NCBI GenBank assembly: GCA_963674755.2 | Contig: CAXXVS010000001.1 | Coordinates: 64,001-128,000 of the forward strand | Length of the DNA: 64,000 nt | Source of the DNA: Desulfobacterales bacterium | GTDB lineage: Bacteria > Desulfobacterota > Desulfobacteria > Desulfobacterales > UBA5852 | Direction of reading: 5' to 3' | Shown: one piece after another, positions 46,741 through 56,874 of the stretch | Layout: every line of letters begins with the position of its first letter | How positions within the stretch are numbered: the stretch's first letter is position 1 | Program-made: the position numbers and the translations under genes | The notes under the pieces: model-generated | What the model saw: only the letters and a program-made list of their open reading frames with translations | Databases searched by the model: none | Told to the model about the DNA's origin: nothing

Positions 46741-48012
46741 CTACTTCGCTGCCAGAGTTTGAATCGCTTTCAGAGCCATACCGGTTGCATTCTGGTTGGA
46801 TGACACCACATCCGCCGGTTTGTTCGCACACCCCGCTGCAAAGATGCCGCCCTTCTGGAAATCATTGAGGATGAAGCCCTCTTCGGTATAGTTGATTTCC
46901 CCGGGGAGTTTGGCCTCGGCGGCTGTAGGCTGCATACCCGTGGCCAGCACGGCCATGTCCACAATTTGGCTCATTTTTTCGCCGGTAACGGCATTCTCGG
47001 CCGTCACTTTGACCGCGCCGTCGGCAGCGGCCTCCACAGCGGCAACCTTACCTTTAATAAAGATGATGTTGTCATCGTCTTTGACTTTTTGGTAAAATTT
47101 TTCGTAGCGCTGGCCGGGAGACCGGATGTCGATGTAGAAGATATAAATCGTGGCGTCCGGATACTGTTCGCGGACATAAAGGGCTTGTTTCAGCGAGGCC
47201 ATACAACAGATGTAAGAGCAGTAAGGCAAATGGTTCTCATCACGAGAGCCGGCGCATTGCACAAAGGCCACGCTTGCCGGGGCTTTCTGGTCCGCCGGTC
47301 GGAGGATTTGTCCCTGGGTCGGCCCGTTGGGGGCGGCCAGTCGTTCCATCATCATATTGGTGATGATATTGGGAACCTTACCAAACCCCAAGTTATCGAT
47401 TTTAGCGGCATCGTACGGTTGCCAGCCCGTGGCGAAAACAACGGCGCCGACCTTGAGATCCAGGGTGCGGGCTTTCATATCCAAGTCGATGGCATCATAG
47501 GCGCAGGTGTCCTTGCAGCGGACCGCGTCTTCCGTGCCGATAATTTCAGGTGCCAGAACGTAGCGGGCCGGAAAGGCCATTTCAAAGGGCAGATAAGCGC
47601 CCTTAATTTTTTTCATGCCAAAGTCATAGGCGCTTTCGATTTCCGTCTGGCATACTTTGGCGCATTCGCCGCAGGCGGTGCAGTTTTCATTGACATAGCG
47701 GGGGCTGATTTTCACCTGCACGTCGTAATCGCCTGGTGCGCCCGAGACGTTGGTTACCTCTGCCATGGTCATAACTTTGATCTGGGGGTTGTCCTTGATG
47801 CGCCGGAAATTGATTTCCAGGCCGCAGGTCGGGGGGCACAATTTGGGGAAATACTGATTGAGCTGGGCGACGCGTCCTCCCAGGTAGGGATTCTTTTCAA
47901 CGAGAAACACCTCGTATCCCACCTCGGCAGCTTCCAGGGCCGTTGTTAAACCGGCGATGCCGCCGCCCACAACGAGAATGCTTCCACTAGCAGGAGCTTT
48001 ATTTTCTGTCAT
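46741..48012 (-). CDS. qmoA: QmoA (HdrA-like)
   Basis: GGGIAG, YFPKLCPPTCG, QCAGSRD, YCSYICC. Confidence 0.95.
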   Translation of the reverse strand: MTENKAPASGSILVVGGGIAGLTTALEAAEVGYEVFLVEKNPYLGGRVAQLNQYFPKLCPPTCGLEINFRRIKDNPQIKVMTMAEVTNVSGAPGDYDVQVKISPRYVNENCTACGECAKVCQTEIESAYDFGMKKIKGAYLPFEMAFPARYVLAPEIIGTEDAVRCKDTCAYDAIDLDMKARTLDLKVGAVVFATGWQPYDAAKIDNLGFGKVPNIITNMMMERLAAPNGPTQGQILRPADQKAPASVAFVQCAGSRDENHLPYCSYICCMASLKQALYVREQYPDATIYIFYIDIRSPGQRYEKFYQKVKDDDNIIFIKGKVAAVEAAADGAVKVTAENAVTGEKMSQIVDMAVLATGMQPTAAEAKLPGEINYTEEGFILNDFQKGGIFAAGCANKPADVVSSNQNATGMALKAIQTLAAK

Positions 48013-48239
48013 TCTGTCCCTCCGTGCTTACAGAATTTGTCGTTACCCGAACGATCTAAGCGTCAATGTTCCTTCAATCGTCCCAGGCGATATCCGGTTA
48101 GGTCTATGCACACACGTCGGCGCGGGTCGATGCCGGGGACAACGCGCCGGCGTCTGTCCAGAGCCATGGGAAAACAGCGGATACCGCCGTGAAACAGGAA
48201 GATCTAATATATAGAATGAATACGGATTCTTAATAAAAA

Positions 48240-48271
48240 CCTCCAGGCGCCCGTTGCCGGGCACCTGGAGG
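48240..48271 (-). terminator. Terminator hairpin after aprA
   Basis: CCTCCAGG...CCTGGAGG stem with T tract on the minus strand. Confidence 0.65.
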
Positions 48272-48315
48272 CTGGGTATTGGACTAAGCTAACATCAAGT
48301 CTTCATATCCATCAA

Positions 48316-50292
48316 TCACGGGATGATCTTGATGTAGTCCTTCTTGAAGACATCCCATTGCTGCGTTTTCGGATCGTATTTGGAGTTAACGAAACAGAAC
48401 CAGTTTTCGTCATCCTGACCCGGATAGTCCGCCTGATAGTAGAAACCGGGATAGCGGGTTTCTTTGCGGAACTGGATGTGACGCAGGTGGGATTCTACCG
48501 TCCAGATGCGGTGGGTGATTTCCCAGGCGCGCATCAGTTCATGCAGGTCGCCGGCCGCCATTTTTTCGCAGTCTTCGCGCATGGTCTGGAGCAGATCCAT
48601 GACGATTTCCAGCGACTTGCTGCTGGTCTGGTAGTAGGTGGCCGTACCGGCACCGTACTCGTGGGTGGCTTTCATCAGCCGGTACATCATGCCTTCCGGT
48701 TTGATGTAGTTGGGGTTGATGTTGATGGCCGTGGTATAGTCCTTGTGATCCAGGAAGGTGCGCACCGGCTTATAGATCAGGTCAACCAGTTCGTCCTTGC
48801 TCTGGGCCAAGGTCGGGGTGAAGTCCGCAAAATCCTTTGCGTAGCGGACCATCTGCTTGGCCGCGATACGCCCCTCGGCATGGGAGCCGGAGGAGAATTT
48901 ATGGCCGGAGCCGCCCACGCCGTCGCCGGCCGTGAACAGACCTTCCACCGTGGTCATCTGTTTGTAGACTTTGCCGTTGCGGGCCTTGATTTTGTAAGCG
49001 TCCGGAACCCAGTCATAGTCCGGTCCGGAGGTCCATAGACCGCAGCAGCCGGAGTGGGAACCCAGCAGGTAAGGTTCGGTCGGCATGACTTCGGAGTTTT
49101 TCTTCTCCGGTTCGCAGTTTTGGGCGCACCACAGGTTGGCCTGGCCGCAGGTCATGTCCAGGAAGTCTTCCCAGGCTTCGGACTCGAGATGCTTGAGTTC
49201 CTTCTTGTCCATGGTTTTGCCGAGTTCGGCCAGCGCGGTCACGGTATCCATGAGGATGGGTCCGCGGCCTTCCTTCATCTCGAACAGCATCAGGTGGTTA
49301 CGCAGGCAGGTCGGGGTGATGGCGGCGGTGCCGTAGGGAGCGTAATTCTCCAACTCTTTCTTGGCGGCATCGCTGCCGGCAAAGGCTTCGCCCAGACCGT
49401 TGAGGGTCTTGGCCTTGAACAGCAGGAACCAAGCACCCACCGGACCGTAACCGTCTTTGAAGCGGGCCGGGGTGAAACGGTTTTCCATCATGGTCAGCTC
49501 AGCACCCACGCGCATGCACATGGTGTAGGTGGAACCGGCGTTCCAGACCGGGTACCAGGCGCGACCTTTACCTTCACCCACCGAACGGGGCTGGTAGATG
49601 TTCACGGCGCCGCCGCAGGCCACCATCATGGTCTTGCATTTAATGATGTAAACTTTGTTTTCGCGGACCGAGAAGCCCACGGCGCCGGCGATCTGGTTTT
49701 CGACATTGGCATCCAGCAGCAGCTCGACAATGAAGCAGCGCTCGATGATGTTGTCTTCGCCCAGGGCCAGTTTGGCGGCTTCCGCCACGATGCGTTTGTA
49801 GGACTCGCCGTTGATCATGATCTGCCATTTACCGGTGCGGACCGGTTGGGCGCCGGACTTCAGGGTGCCCATGGTCTGGCCTTTTTTACCGTCGAGGTTT
49901 TTGCCTTCGGCAGATTTTTTCCAGACGGGCAGACCCCATTCTTCGAACAGATGGACGGAGTCGTCCACGTGGCAGCCCAAGTCGAAGATCAGGTCTTCAC
50001 GCACCAGACCCATGAGGTCGTTGCGGACCATGCGAACGTAATCTTCAGGCGCGTTCTCACCGATAAAGGTGTTGATGGCGGACAGGCCCTGGGCCACGGC
50101 GCCGGAGCGCTCCATGGCGGCCTTGTCGCACAGCAGAACCGTCTGATCGTCGCCCAGCCATTTTTTGACTTCAAACGCCGTACCGCAGGCTGCCATACCA
50201 CCGCCCACGATCAAAACGTCAACTTCGCGCTCCTCGACTTCCGGATCACGTACGGTCTTGAGTTCGCCCAATGGTTGATTCGGTAATGCCAT
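48316..50292 (-). CDS. aprA: Adenylylsulfate reductase alpha subunit
   Basis: RSGAVAQGLSAIN, WQIMINGES, GSHSG, GHKFSSGSH. Confidence 0.98.
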   Translation of the reverse strand: MALPNQPLGELKTVRDPEVEEREVDVLIVGGGMAACGTAFEVKKWLGDDQTVLLCDKAAMERSGAVAQGLSAINTFIGENAPEDYVRMVRNDLMGLVREDLIFDLGCHVDDSVHLFEEWGLPVWKKSAEGKNLDGKKGQTMGTLKSGAQPVRTGKWQIMINGESYKRIVAEAAKLALGEDNIIERCFIVELLLDANVENQIAGAVGFSVRENKVYIIKCKTMMVACGGAVNIYQPRSVGEGKGRAWYPVWNAGSTYTMCMRVGAELTMMENRFTPARFKDGYGPVGAWFLLFKAKTLNGLGEAFAGSDAAKKELENYAPYGTAAITPTCLRNHLMLFEMKEGRGPILMDTVTALAELGKTMDKKELKHLESEAWEDFLDMTCGQANLWCAQNCEPEKKNSEVMPTEPYLLGSHSGCCGLWTSGPDYDWVPDAYKIKARNGKVYKQMTTVEGLFTAGDGVGGSGHKFSSGSHAEGRIAAKQMVRYAKDFADFTPTLAQSKDELVDLIYKPVRTFLDHKDYTTAININPNYIKPEGMMYRLMKATHEYGAGTATYYQTSSKSLEIVMDLLQTMREDCEKMAAGDLHELMRAWEITHRIWTVESHLRHIQFRKETRYPGFYYQADYPGQDDENWFCFVNSKYDPKTQQWDVFKKDYIKIIP

Positions 50293-50361
50293 ATTGCTTC
50301 CTCCTTAATATCGATAATTTCAGAATTGTCTTTTAAATCAAGGAATCATACCTAAAAAGGC

Positions 50362-50793
50362 TTAGACCTTCGGTGTCGGAATGGTGTATCCGTCGGATTC
50401 TTCCGTGCTCAGCAGGCCGCTTTCGAGGTCCTTGCCCTTAAGATCAGCATAGGCATTGGCACCACCTTCCGGGGTGGTCCGGATGGGGAACTTGAAGCGT
50501 TTGACAACGCCGTTGCGGAATTTGCAGGTCCACATGACATCTTCGGTGCCCATCATCGGCATGATGCTGCTTCCCAACGGCACGAAGTCGGCATAGCCGC
50601 GGACTTCAATGGCCTGGGTCGGGCAGATTTTGACACAGGAGAAACACTCCCAGCACTGATCCGGTTCCTGGTTGTAGGCTTTCATGGCATTGGGATCCAG
50701 GACCATCAGGTCGTTGGGGCAGATGTACATGCAAGCTGTCTTGTCACCGCCTTTGCAGCCGTCACATTTTTCCTGAATTACAAAGCTTGGCAT
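50362..50793 (-). CDS. aprB: Adenylylsulfate reductase beta subunit
   Basis: KCDGCKG..TACMYICP, CWECFSCVKICP, KRFKFPIRTTPEG. Confidence 0.98.
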   Translation of the reverse strand: MPSFVIQEKCDGCKGGDKTACMYICPNDLMVLDPNAMKAYNQEPDQCWECFSCVKICPTQAIEVRGYADFVPLGSSIMPMMGTEDVMWTCKFRNGVVKRFKFPIRTTPEGGANAYADLKGKDLESGLLSTEESDGYTIPTPKV

Positions 50794-51229
50794 TTAAGAT
50801 CCTCCTAGAAATGAAGTCATAAAAGTTTTACCGCGGGAATTCCCCCGGTAGGGTCGAGTCCTGCGTCGAGTCTGTAACACCTCCCTTCATTTTCATGATC
50901 CGGACAGGCGAACCTTCCGGTCGTCCCTTTGAGTGAATCGCGAAGAACGGGGATTGCCCCCTCCATGGTTTGTCAAGAGCAGCTAACGTTGCAAAAAATG
51001 TTAAAAATTTCAAGAGGATATAATTTAAACGAGATAGTTTAAATATCATCCGCCCCTAGGCTTGTCAAGAATTTTCGATGAAGGAAACGCAATCCGGCAG
51101 GCCGTTTGCGGCCGTTTGGAGAGGCTTTCCCAGATGTTGGAACCTTGTACCAATTCCATACAATATATGGTATGAAAAAGGCCTAAAACAGCATCCAATC
51201 ATACTCCCTGTGAAAACGAAAGGCCAATC

Positions 51230-51964
51230 ATGGAAAACGATATGATACCGTTGGCACGCGAGGATCGGTTTCAGTTTGCTTGCGGCCCGGACGTGGACTG
51301 TTTCAATGCCTGTTGTCGTGATCTCAATCAGTTTTTGACGCCCTACGACATTTACCGCCTCAAAACCCGTCTGAAGCTGGTTTCCGGAGAATTCTTGCAG
51401 CGCTATACCATCGAGCACCTAGGCCCCCAGACAGGCTTGCCTGTCGTGAGCCTCAAAGCCGTTCCCGAAAAGGACCGGCAGTGTCCGTTTGTTGCGGATA
51501 CAGGCTGTGAGGTTTATGAGGACCGCCCATCGTCCTGCCGGACCTATCCACTGGCACGGGCCATCACTCGATCGCGGGAAACCGGTGAAGTCACTGAACA
51601 TTTTGCCCTGATGTGCGAAGATCATTGCCGTGGCCACAAACAGCCGCACACCCAAACCGTACGGGAATGGGTCGCAGACCAGCGGCTGGAGGAATATCAT
51701 CGTTTCAATGACATGCTGATGGAGGTTATCAGTTTCAAGAACCAGTTTCACCCGGCGCCGCTGGACCTTCGGGAACAGCGGATGTTCCACCTGGCTTTCT
51801 ATGATTTGGATGGATTCCGACAACATCTTGCGGAAAGGAATTATAAAAAATCTCCCTTATTTAAGGCGGTACACACTGCTTTGGAGGGAACCGAAGTGGA
51901 CCTCCTGGTTTTCGCCCATACCTGGATCAAGTGGGCCTTGTTCGGCAAAGGACCGTCCGAATGA
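51230..51964 (+). CDS. YkgJ-family cysteine-cluster protein
   Basis: CFNACC, CPF...GC.VYEDRP..CRTYP. Confidence 0.85.
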   Translation: MENDMIPLAREDRFQFACGPDVDCFNACCRDLNQFLTPYDIYRLKTRLKLVSGEFLQRYTIEHLGPQTGLPVVSLKAVPEKDRQCPFVADTGCEVYEDRPSSCRTYPLARAITRSRETGEVTEHFALMCEDHCRGHKQPHTQTVREWVADQRLEEYHRFNDMLMEVISFKNQFHPAPLDLREQRMFHLAFYDLDGFRQHLAERNYKKSPLFKAVHTALEGTEVDLLVFAHTWIKWALFGKGPSE

Positions 51965-52800
51965 GCGGCCGTCCTTCGTCCAGGGCAGATAAAACGGGCC
52001 GGGTGGCGCTGGTGCTGGGGGCCATCAAAGGCATCGGAAAGGGGATCGCCCTGGATCTTGCCCACCGAGGATTCAAGGTGGCCCTCACCTATCACGATTG
52101 GCCGGAAGCGCTGCCCGGTTTACAGGCCGATTGCGCCGCTTTGGGCGATCAATGCGGTCTATTTAATGTCGATTTGCGCGATTGTGAAGGCATTCCTCAT
52201 TTGATCAGTGCTGTGCTGTCCCGCTTCGGACGACTCGATGTACTGGTCAACAATATCGAAAGGGGGGGGTGGCCGGTGGTGCATGGTCCCTATATTCCGG
52301 ACCAATGGGACCTGGAGATGGAAATCACCCTGCGGGCCAAGCGCTGGGTGTTCGATGCCGCGCTGCCCCACCTCAAAGCGAGCGGCAACGGCTGTGTGGT
52401 GAATCTGTCCTCCATCGCGGGAGTGGTGGGGCGCAGCGGACCGGCCAGCCTGATCTTTAACGACGGTTACGCCGCTGCCAACCGGGCGGTTTCCCTGCTC
52501 ACAGAAACCTGGGCGCGGGTTGCGGCACCGGAAGTCCGGGTCAATGAAATCATGCTGGGTCTTGTGGCGACCCGCCATGGCCAAGAGACCCGGGGATGGG
52601 GGCTATTGGACGACGAACAGAAAGACGCATTGCTGGATCACACATTATTGGGGTGTATCGGTACGATCGAGGACGTGGTAAAAGCGGTCCGCTTCGTCAT
52701 TGACGAAGCGCCGTTCATGTCGGGCAGCGTCATTCGCCTGGATGGCGGCTATGTGTTAGGGGGCGACAAGGTCGGGCCGATGCCGCCCGGCGTCGTTTAA
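51961..52800 (+). CDS. Short-chain dehydrogenase/reductase (atypical)
   Basis: LVLGAIKGIG, GRLDVLVNN, VVNLSS, YAAAN, VRVN, LDGG. Confidence 0.85.
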   Translation: MSGRPSSRADKTGRVALVLGAIKGIGKGIALDLAHRGFKVALTYHDWPEALPGLQADCAALGDQCGLFNVDLRDCEGIPHLISAVLSRFGRLDVLVNNIERGGWPVVHGPYIPDQWDLEMEITLRAKRWVFDAALPHLKASGNGCVVNLSSIAGVVGRSGPASLIFNDGYAAANRAVSLLTETWARVAAPEVRVNEIMLGLVATRHGQETRGWGLLDDEQKDALLDHTLLGCIGTIEDVVKAVRFVIDEAPFMSGSVIRLDGGYVLGGDKVGPMPPGVV

Positions 52801-52834
52801 AGGCGAAGTCCGGAAAAGGGTTCGGCAGGGTATC

Positions 52835-53617
52835 TCAGCGCAGGCGGATCTTTTTGCTGGGGAGGCCCCATACGAAAAGGGCGACCCAATCCATGCCGAA
52901 CAGCAAAAGGGCGGTATCGTCCCTGCGAAGGCGGGCCAGAAGCTCCCTTTTGACCTTGTAGCGTTTGAGAAAGCTACTGGCAAAGACGAATTCGCGAAAC
53001 GCATCTATATTGTAGGTGGCCATGAAAGCCATGCGGCCCTTCGGGCCATCGGGACCCTGCCCTTGCCAAGGGTCTTTGGCAAAAAGGCCCTTCAGCGCCG
53101 CCCACTTGCGGGTCATCCGGTTGTGTTCGGCCGCCGCCTGATCCGCTTGCCAGCCTTCCAGTGTCCATTCCTTTGATTCGTGCTGCCCCTGGCAGAAGTC
53201 CGGTGGTCGGAAAAAGCTGACCTGTTCGGGGGGCGCGCCCGCAGCGTCGTAGCGCAAACCATGCTCGACCGGGAAGGTACGACAGGTGTCCGGGCGGTCC
53301 GGGTAAACGCGGCATCCTTCAGCCGTCAGAAAAGGGCAGGTTTGCTCAGCGTCGTTCGACATGCGCAGCAGGACGTCGGGGAAGCTGTTGCCTTCCCGCA
53401 GAACGATATCCACGTAACGGTCAATAAATTGTTCCGAACTGATGCCGAGACACGTTTTAAGGCGGATGACGTCGTAAGGATAGAGAAACAGGTTCAAATT
53501 GCGGCAGCAGCGGTTGAAGCAGCCGATACCCGGATGGCAACGAAACCGGAAACGGTCCCCAGTCGTGAGGCATCGCCCGGCGATTTGATCCAAGGCTTCA
53601 GGTGGAACGGTTTTCAT
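52835..53617 (-). CDS. YkgJ-family cysteine-cluster protein
   Basis: CFNRCC, CPFL..GC.VYPDRP..CRTFP. Confidence 0.85.
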   Translation of the reverse strand: MKTVPPEALDQIAGRCLTTGDRFRFRCHPGIGCFNRCCRNLNLFLYPYDVIRLKTCLGISSEQFIDRYVDIVLREGNSFPDVLLRMSNDAEQTCPFLTAEGCRVYPDRPDTCRTFPVEHGLRYDAAGAPPEQVSFFRPPDFCQGQHESKEWTLEGWQADQAAAEHNRMTRKWAALKGLFAKDPWQGQGPDGPKGRMAFMATYNIDAFREFVFASSFLKRYKVKRELLARLRRDDTALLLFGMDWVALFVWGLPSKKIRLR

Positions 53618-53662
53618 GCACGTTATCCTAACAATTCCCGGTTCATCAAGTCGGTATGTTCC

Positions 53663-54295
53663 CTATTCGGTACCATCCCGATCTCCAAAGATAAGGATCA
53701 TTTCGGCGATGGTCAGTCGCACCGGGCTTTCGATCCCCGAAGCCTGTCGCAGAGATTTTTCCAGCATGGCCATGGCAGCATACAGCGGCGTGCGATCCAG
53801 CGGATGCCCGGCAGCTTGGCTGCAGGAGGCCTCGAACAGGTGGCATCCGGTGCCCGCGATCAGACCACGTCTCGGATGCCGCATCACATGGGGGATTCCG
53901 TGCAGGCGGCAGATCATGGGGCGTTGCCGGTAAAGGAGACAGCGTTCATCGCTATTTAACGGGCAAAGGTGTCGCAGCGGCCGATCGAGATGTGCACTGG
54001 CTTTCAACGCCCGGCAGTAGGCTCGGGCCCGTTCTATGATGGAAGCTTTCTGGCATTCCGGCAGCTCCCGGTAGCCCATCAGGAGGCCCGCCGCCTCCAG
54101 CAGCGTATGATGATAGAATCGGGTCCGGCAGCAGTTGTCTTCACATCCCCGGCATTGGAAACCGTAGCGTTGGGCAACGGCGCCATAGGCGGCATCCATT
54201 TCGTCATAAAGGGCGGCCAGCCCTTCAAGGGCATCGGAATGCCGTTCAAGGATGCGGTTCAGGGAGGCGGAAGTTAGCGTCGGTTTCAAAGGCAA
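53663..54295 (-). CDS. YkgJ-like cysteine-cluster protein
   Basis: CRGCEDNCC, CPLN...CLLY..RPMICRLHG. Confidence 0.75.
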   Translation of the reverse strand: MPLKPTLTSASLNRILERHSDALEGLAALYDEMDAAYGAVAQRYGFQCRGCEDNCCRTRFYHHTLLEAAGLLMGYRELPECQKASIIERARAYCRALKASAHLDRPLRHLCPLNSDERCLLYRQRPMICRLHGIPHVMRHPRRGLIAGTGCHLFEASCSQAAGHPLDRTPLYAAMAMLEKSLRQASGIESPVRLTIAEMILIFGDRDGTE

Positions 54296-54299
54296 ACCA

Positions 54300-55415
54300 T
54301 CACACTGTCGAGGACGGAAAAAACACCCGTTTATAAAGGCTCATGGCATAGCGGTCGGTCATGCTGGCCAGCAGGTCGCACACCAGGCGCTCGCGTGGTT
54401 GGGTGCGGTTGTTGCAGCCATGCATATCCAGGCTGCGCAGCTCGCATTGCAGATCCGCTTCATTGTCGAGCAGGTGGCGGTAAAGGTCTGAAAGGATTTT
54501 TTTGGCTTTGACGAACTCGCGATGAACCGGCGCAGAACGATAGACATTTTCATAAAGGAACTGGCGCAGGGTCTGCATGGCTTCGTTGACCGGATCGCTC
54601 AACTGGAGGGTGAGCTGATCCCCGGCGGGGGCACTGTTGGTAATCAAGTCCCGGATCATCCTGATGGCGCGCTCGGAGTGGGTGTGCCCCAATACGCGCA
54701 AACAGCTTTCAGGGACCTGATGGGGGGTAATCACACCGCTGCGGACCGCGTCATCCAGGTCATGGTTAAGATAGGCGATGATGTCGGCGTAGCGGACGAT
54801 ACGACCCTCTGTGGTGATGGGCAATTCCGCCGGGTCATCGGGCATTACCTCTCCGAACCCTTTGGAATGTTTAAGAATGCCGTCGCGTACTTCCAAGGTC
54901 AGATTCAACCCCCGCCCATTGTTTTCCAGACAGTCGACAACACGTAGGCTTTGCTTGTTATGGGTGAAGTTGGCGGAATGGATTTCCTTGAGGGCGATTT
55001 CTCCTCCGTGACCAAACGGGGTGTGGCCCAGGTCATGCCCCAGGGCGATCGCCTCGGCCAGATCTTCGTTCAGGAAAAGGGCGCGTGCAATGGTGCGGGC
55101 GATTTGCGACACTTCCAGGGTATGGGTGAGGCGAGTGCGGTATTCGTCCCCCAGAGGATTGAGGAAGACCTGGGTCTTGTATTTTAGGCGTCGAAACGCA
55201 TTGGAATACACAATGCGGTCACGGTCCACCTGAAAAGCGGTTCGGACCGCGCATGGCGCGGTATCGGGTATTCGCCGGCGGGCTTTGGCGCTTAAGCTGC
55301 CGTAAGGCGCGATAAAGCGCCGCTCCCGGGCTTCAAATTGCTCCCTTAAAGAGGCCGGCGGGGGGTTCGTCCGGCCCGCAGGGGCTGCGCAACGGGGGGT
55401 CATTCTGTAGTTCAT
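54300..55415 (-). CDS. dgt: Deoxyguanosinetriphosphate triphosphohydrolase-like HD protein
   Basis: FRRLKYKTQVF, RTRLTHTLEV, GHDLGHTPFGH, MTDRYA. Confidence 0.9.
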   Translation of the reverse strand: MNYRMTPRCAAPAGRTNPPPASLREQFEARERRFIAPYGSLSAKARRRIPDTAPCAVRTAFQVDRDRIVYSNAFRRLKYKTQVFLNPLGDEYRTRLTHTLEVSQIARTIARALFLNEDLAEAIALGHDLGHTPFGHGGEIALKEIHSANFTHNKQSLRVVDCLENNGRGLNLTLEVRDGILKHSKGFGEVMPDDPAELPITTEGRIVRYADIIAYLNHDLDDAVRSGVITPHQVPESCLRVLGHTHSERAIRMIRDLITNSAPAGDQLTLQLSDPVNEAMQTLRQFLYENVYRSAPVHREFVKAKKILSDLYRHLLDNEADLQCELRSLDMHGCNNRTQPRERLVCDLLASMTDRYAMSLYKRVFFPSSTV

Positions 55416-55545
55416 GGCTTTACTTTAGTCGTCGATGCGACTAGATTAAAAGTGACGATACGCATAAACGCATCCATTTTACCCGGCCCCAGAGGGAATT
55501 GTAAAGGTCAAATCGATTAGCCGGTATTGGGCGGGAGTATTTCCA

Positions 55546-56106
55546 TTGGGCGGACATCATCTGATTTTGGGCGAAATCAGGGACTATGTAACTGGAGAGG
55601 TCCTGGCGGATACCCATGACGAGCGCTATCGTCAGAAAGTGGCCCGCTTTCTGGTCGTGCACAAAGGCTATATAAAGGAAGACCTCAGACCAAGAGTTCC
55701 CATCGATCTGAACATCGACGGTAAACAGGCCAGAATCAGGCTGGATTTGGTGGTTTGTATTGACGAACAGGTGGCGATGCTGGTTAAATACGCTCCCGGA
55801 TCTTTGACCACCCGCCATCAGGTCGCCTTGGCCGCCTCGCGCCTGCTGGCACCCTATCAGGTGCCTCTCAGTGTTGTAACAAATGGGAAAGAAGCTGATA
55901 TTATAGATAATCACTCCGATAGCGTGATTGCCGAAGGGCTGGATGGCATCTTATCGCGGGGGACACTCGCGGAGTACCTCCACGCACACGATCCTATTTC
56001 CGTGGCGGACCGCCATCGTGACATGGCGGTCCGAATTCTGTATGCCTACGAAGTGGACGGACGTTGTCCCTGCGACGACACGGTTTGTGATTATGAGCAA
56101 CGCTGA
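55546..56106 (+). CDS. Stand-alone HsdR N-terminal-like domain protein
   Basis: DERYRQ..L...KGY, R.DLVV, VVTNG. Confidence 0.65.
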   Translation: MGGHHLILGEIRDYVTGEVLADTHDERYRQKVARFLVVHKGYIKEDLRPRVPIDLNIDGKQARIRLDLVVCIDEQVAMLVKYAPGSLTTRHQVALAASRLLAPYQVPLSVVTNGKEADIIDNHSDSVIAEGLDGILSRGTLAEYLHAHDPISVADRHRDMAVRILYAYEVDGRCPCDDTVCDYEQR

Positions 56107-56641
56107 TAAACCGGGGCCAGGAAGTCCCCGAGGGGATGATGCTTACTTCATGCGGGCCGCACTGGAGGAAGCACGGCGGACGTTGGAAGACGGCGAGTTC
56201 CCGGTGGGATGCGTGATCGTAGGGGCCGGGCGCATTATCGTCCGCAGTGCCCGCAAAGGCAGCCGGACGATAAATCCCAGCGAGATTGATCACGCCGAGA
56301 TGCTTGCACTGAAGCGCCTGGAGAACCTCGATTGCCATATGGCCCATGAAAATCTTGTGGTTTACAGTACGATGGAGCCCTGCCTGATGTGTTTCGCCGC
56401 TTTGACCCTGAGCCGCATCGGAAAAGTGGTTTATGCTTACGAAGACGTCATGGGGGGCGGAACAAATTGTGATATGGAATCCCTGCCCCCTCTTTACCGC
56501 GCTCTCAGGCCGCAGGTGGTTGGCGGGATTTTGCGATCCGAGAGCCTGGCCCTGTTCAAAGCCTTTTTTGGGGCTGCGGCCAATACATACTGGCAGGGCA
56601 GTTTACTGGAGACCTACACGTCCGATCAGGCGATGCCTTGA
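56093..56641 (+). CDS. Zn-dependent nucleoside deaminase (TadA-like)
   Basis: FM..AL.EA, GEFPVGCVIV, HAE, TMEPCLMC. Confidence 0.85.
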   Translation: MSNADKPGPGSPRGDDAYFMRAALEEARRTLEDGEFPVGCVIVGAGRIIVRSARKGSRTINPSEIDHAEMLALKRLENLDCHMAHENLVVYSTMEPCLMCFAALTLSRIGKVVYAYEDVMGGGTNCDMESLPPLYRALRPQVVGGILRSESLALFKAFFGAAANTYWQGSLLETYTSDQAMP

Positions 56642-56874
56642 ATCAGCCCGTGGAGACCGTTTCTGACAAGGAGCAACGGGGCTATCCAAGGAATTTTTAC
56701 TTGCATTTTTTACTTGCATTTCCTAACGTTGTCTTATATAGGCAATTTTCTACATTTGCACATGTGCGCCTTTTCGGCGCATTGAAGGTGGGATGTTGCC
56801 TCGCGTCCGGGAAACCGAATCGGGACCGCAATATAACCCCGACACGAACTTGTATTTTATAGGGAGGTGGAAGC

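Noticed and set aside
50362..50793. Short AprB tail as a marker of sulfur disproportionation
   Set aside because: Length alone is not diagnostic and cannot be judged without an alignment.
55546..56106. Type I restriction-modification system
   Set aside because: Only a lone HsdR-N-like domain; no helicase, hsdM or hsdS, and host-like context.
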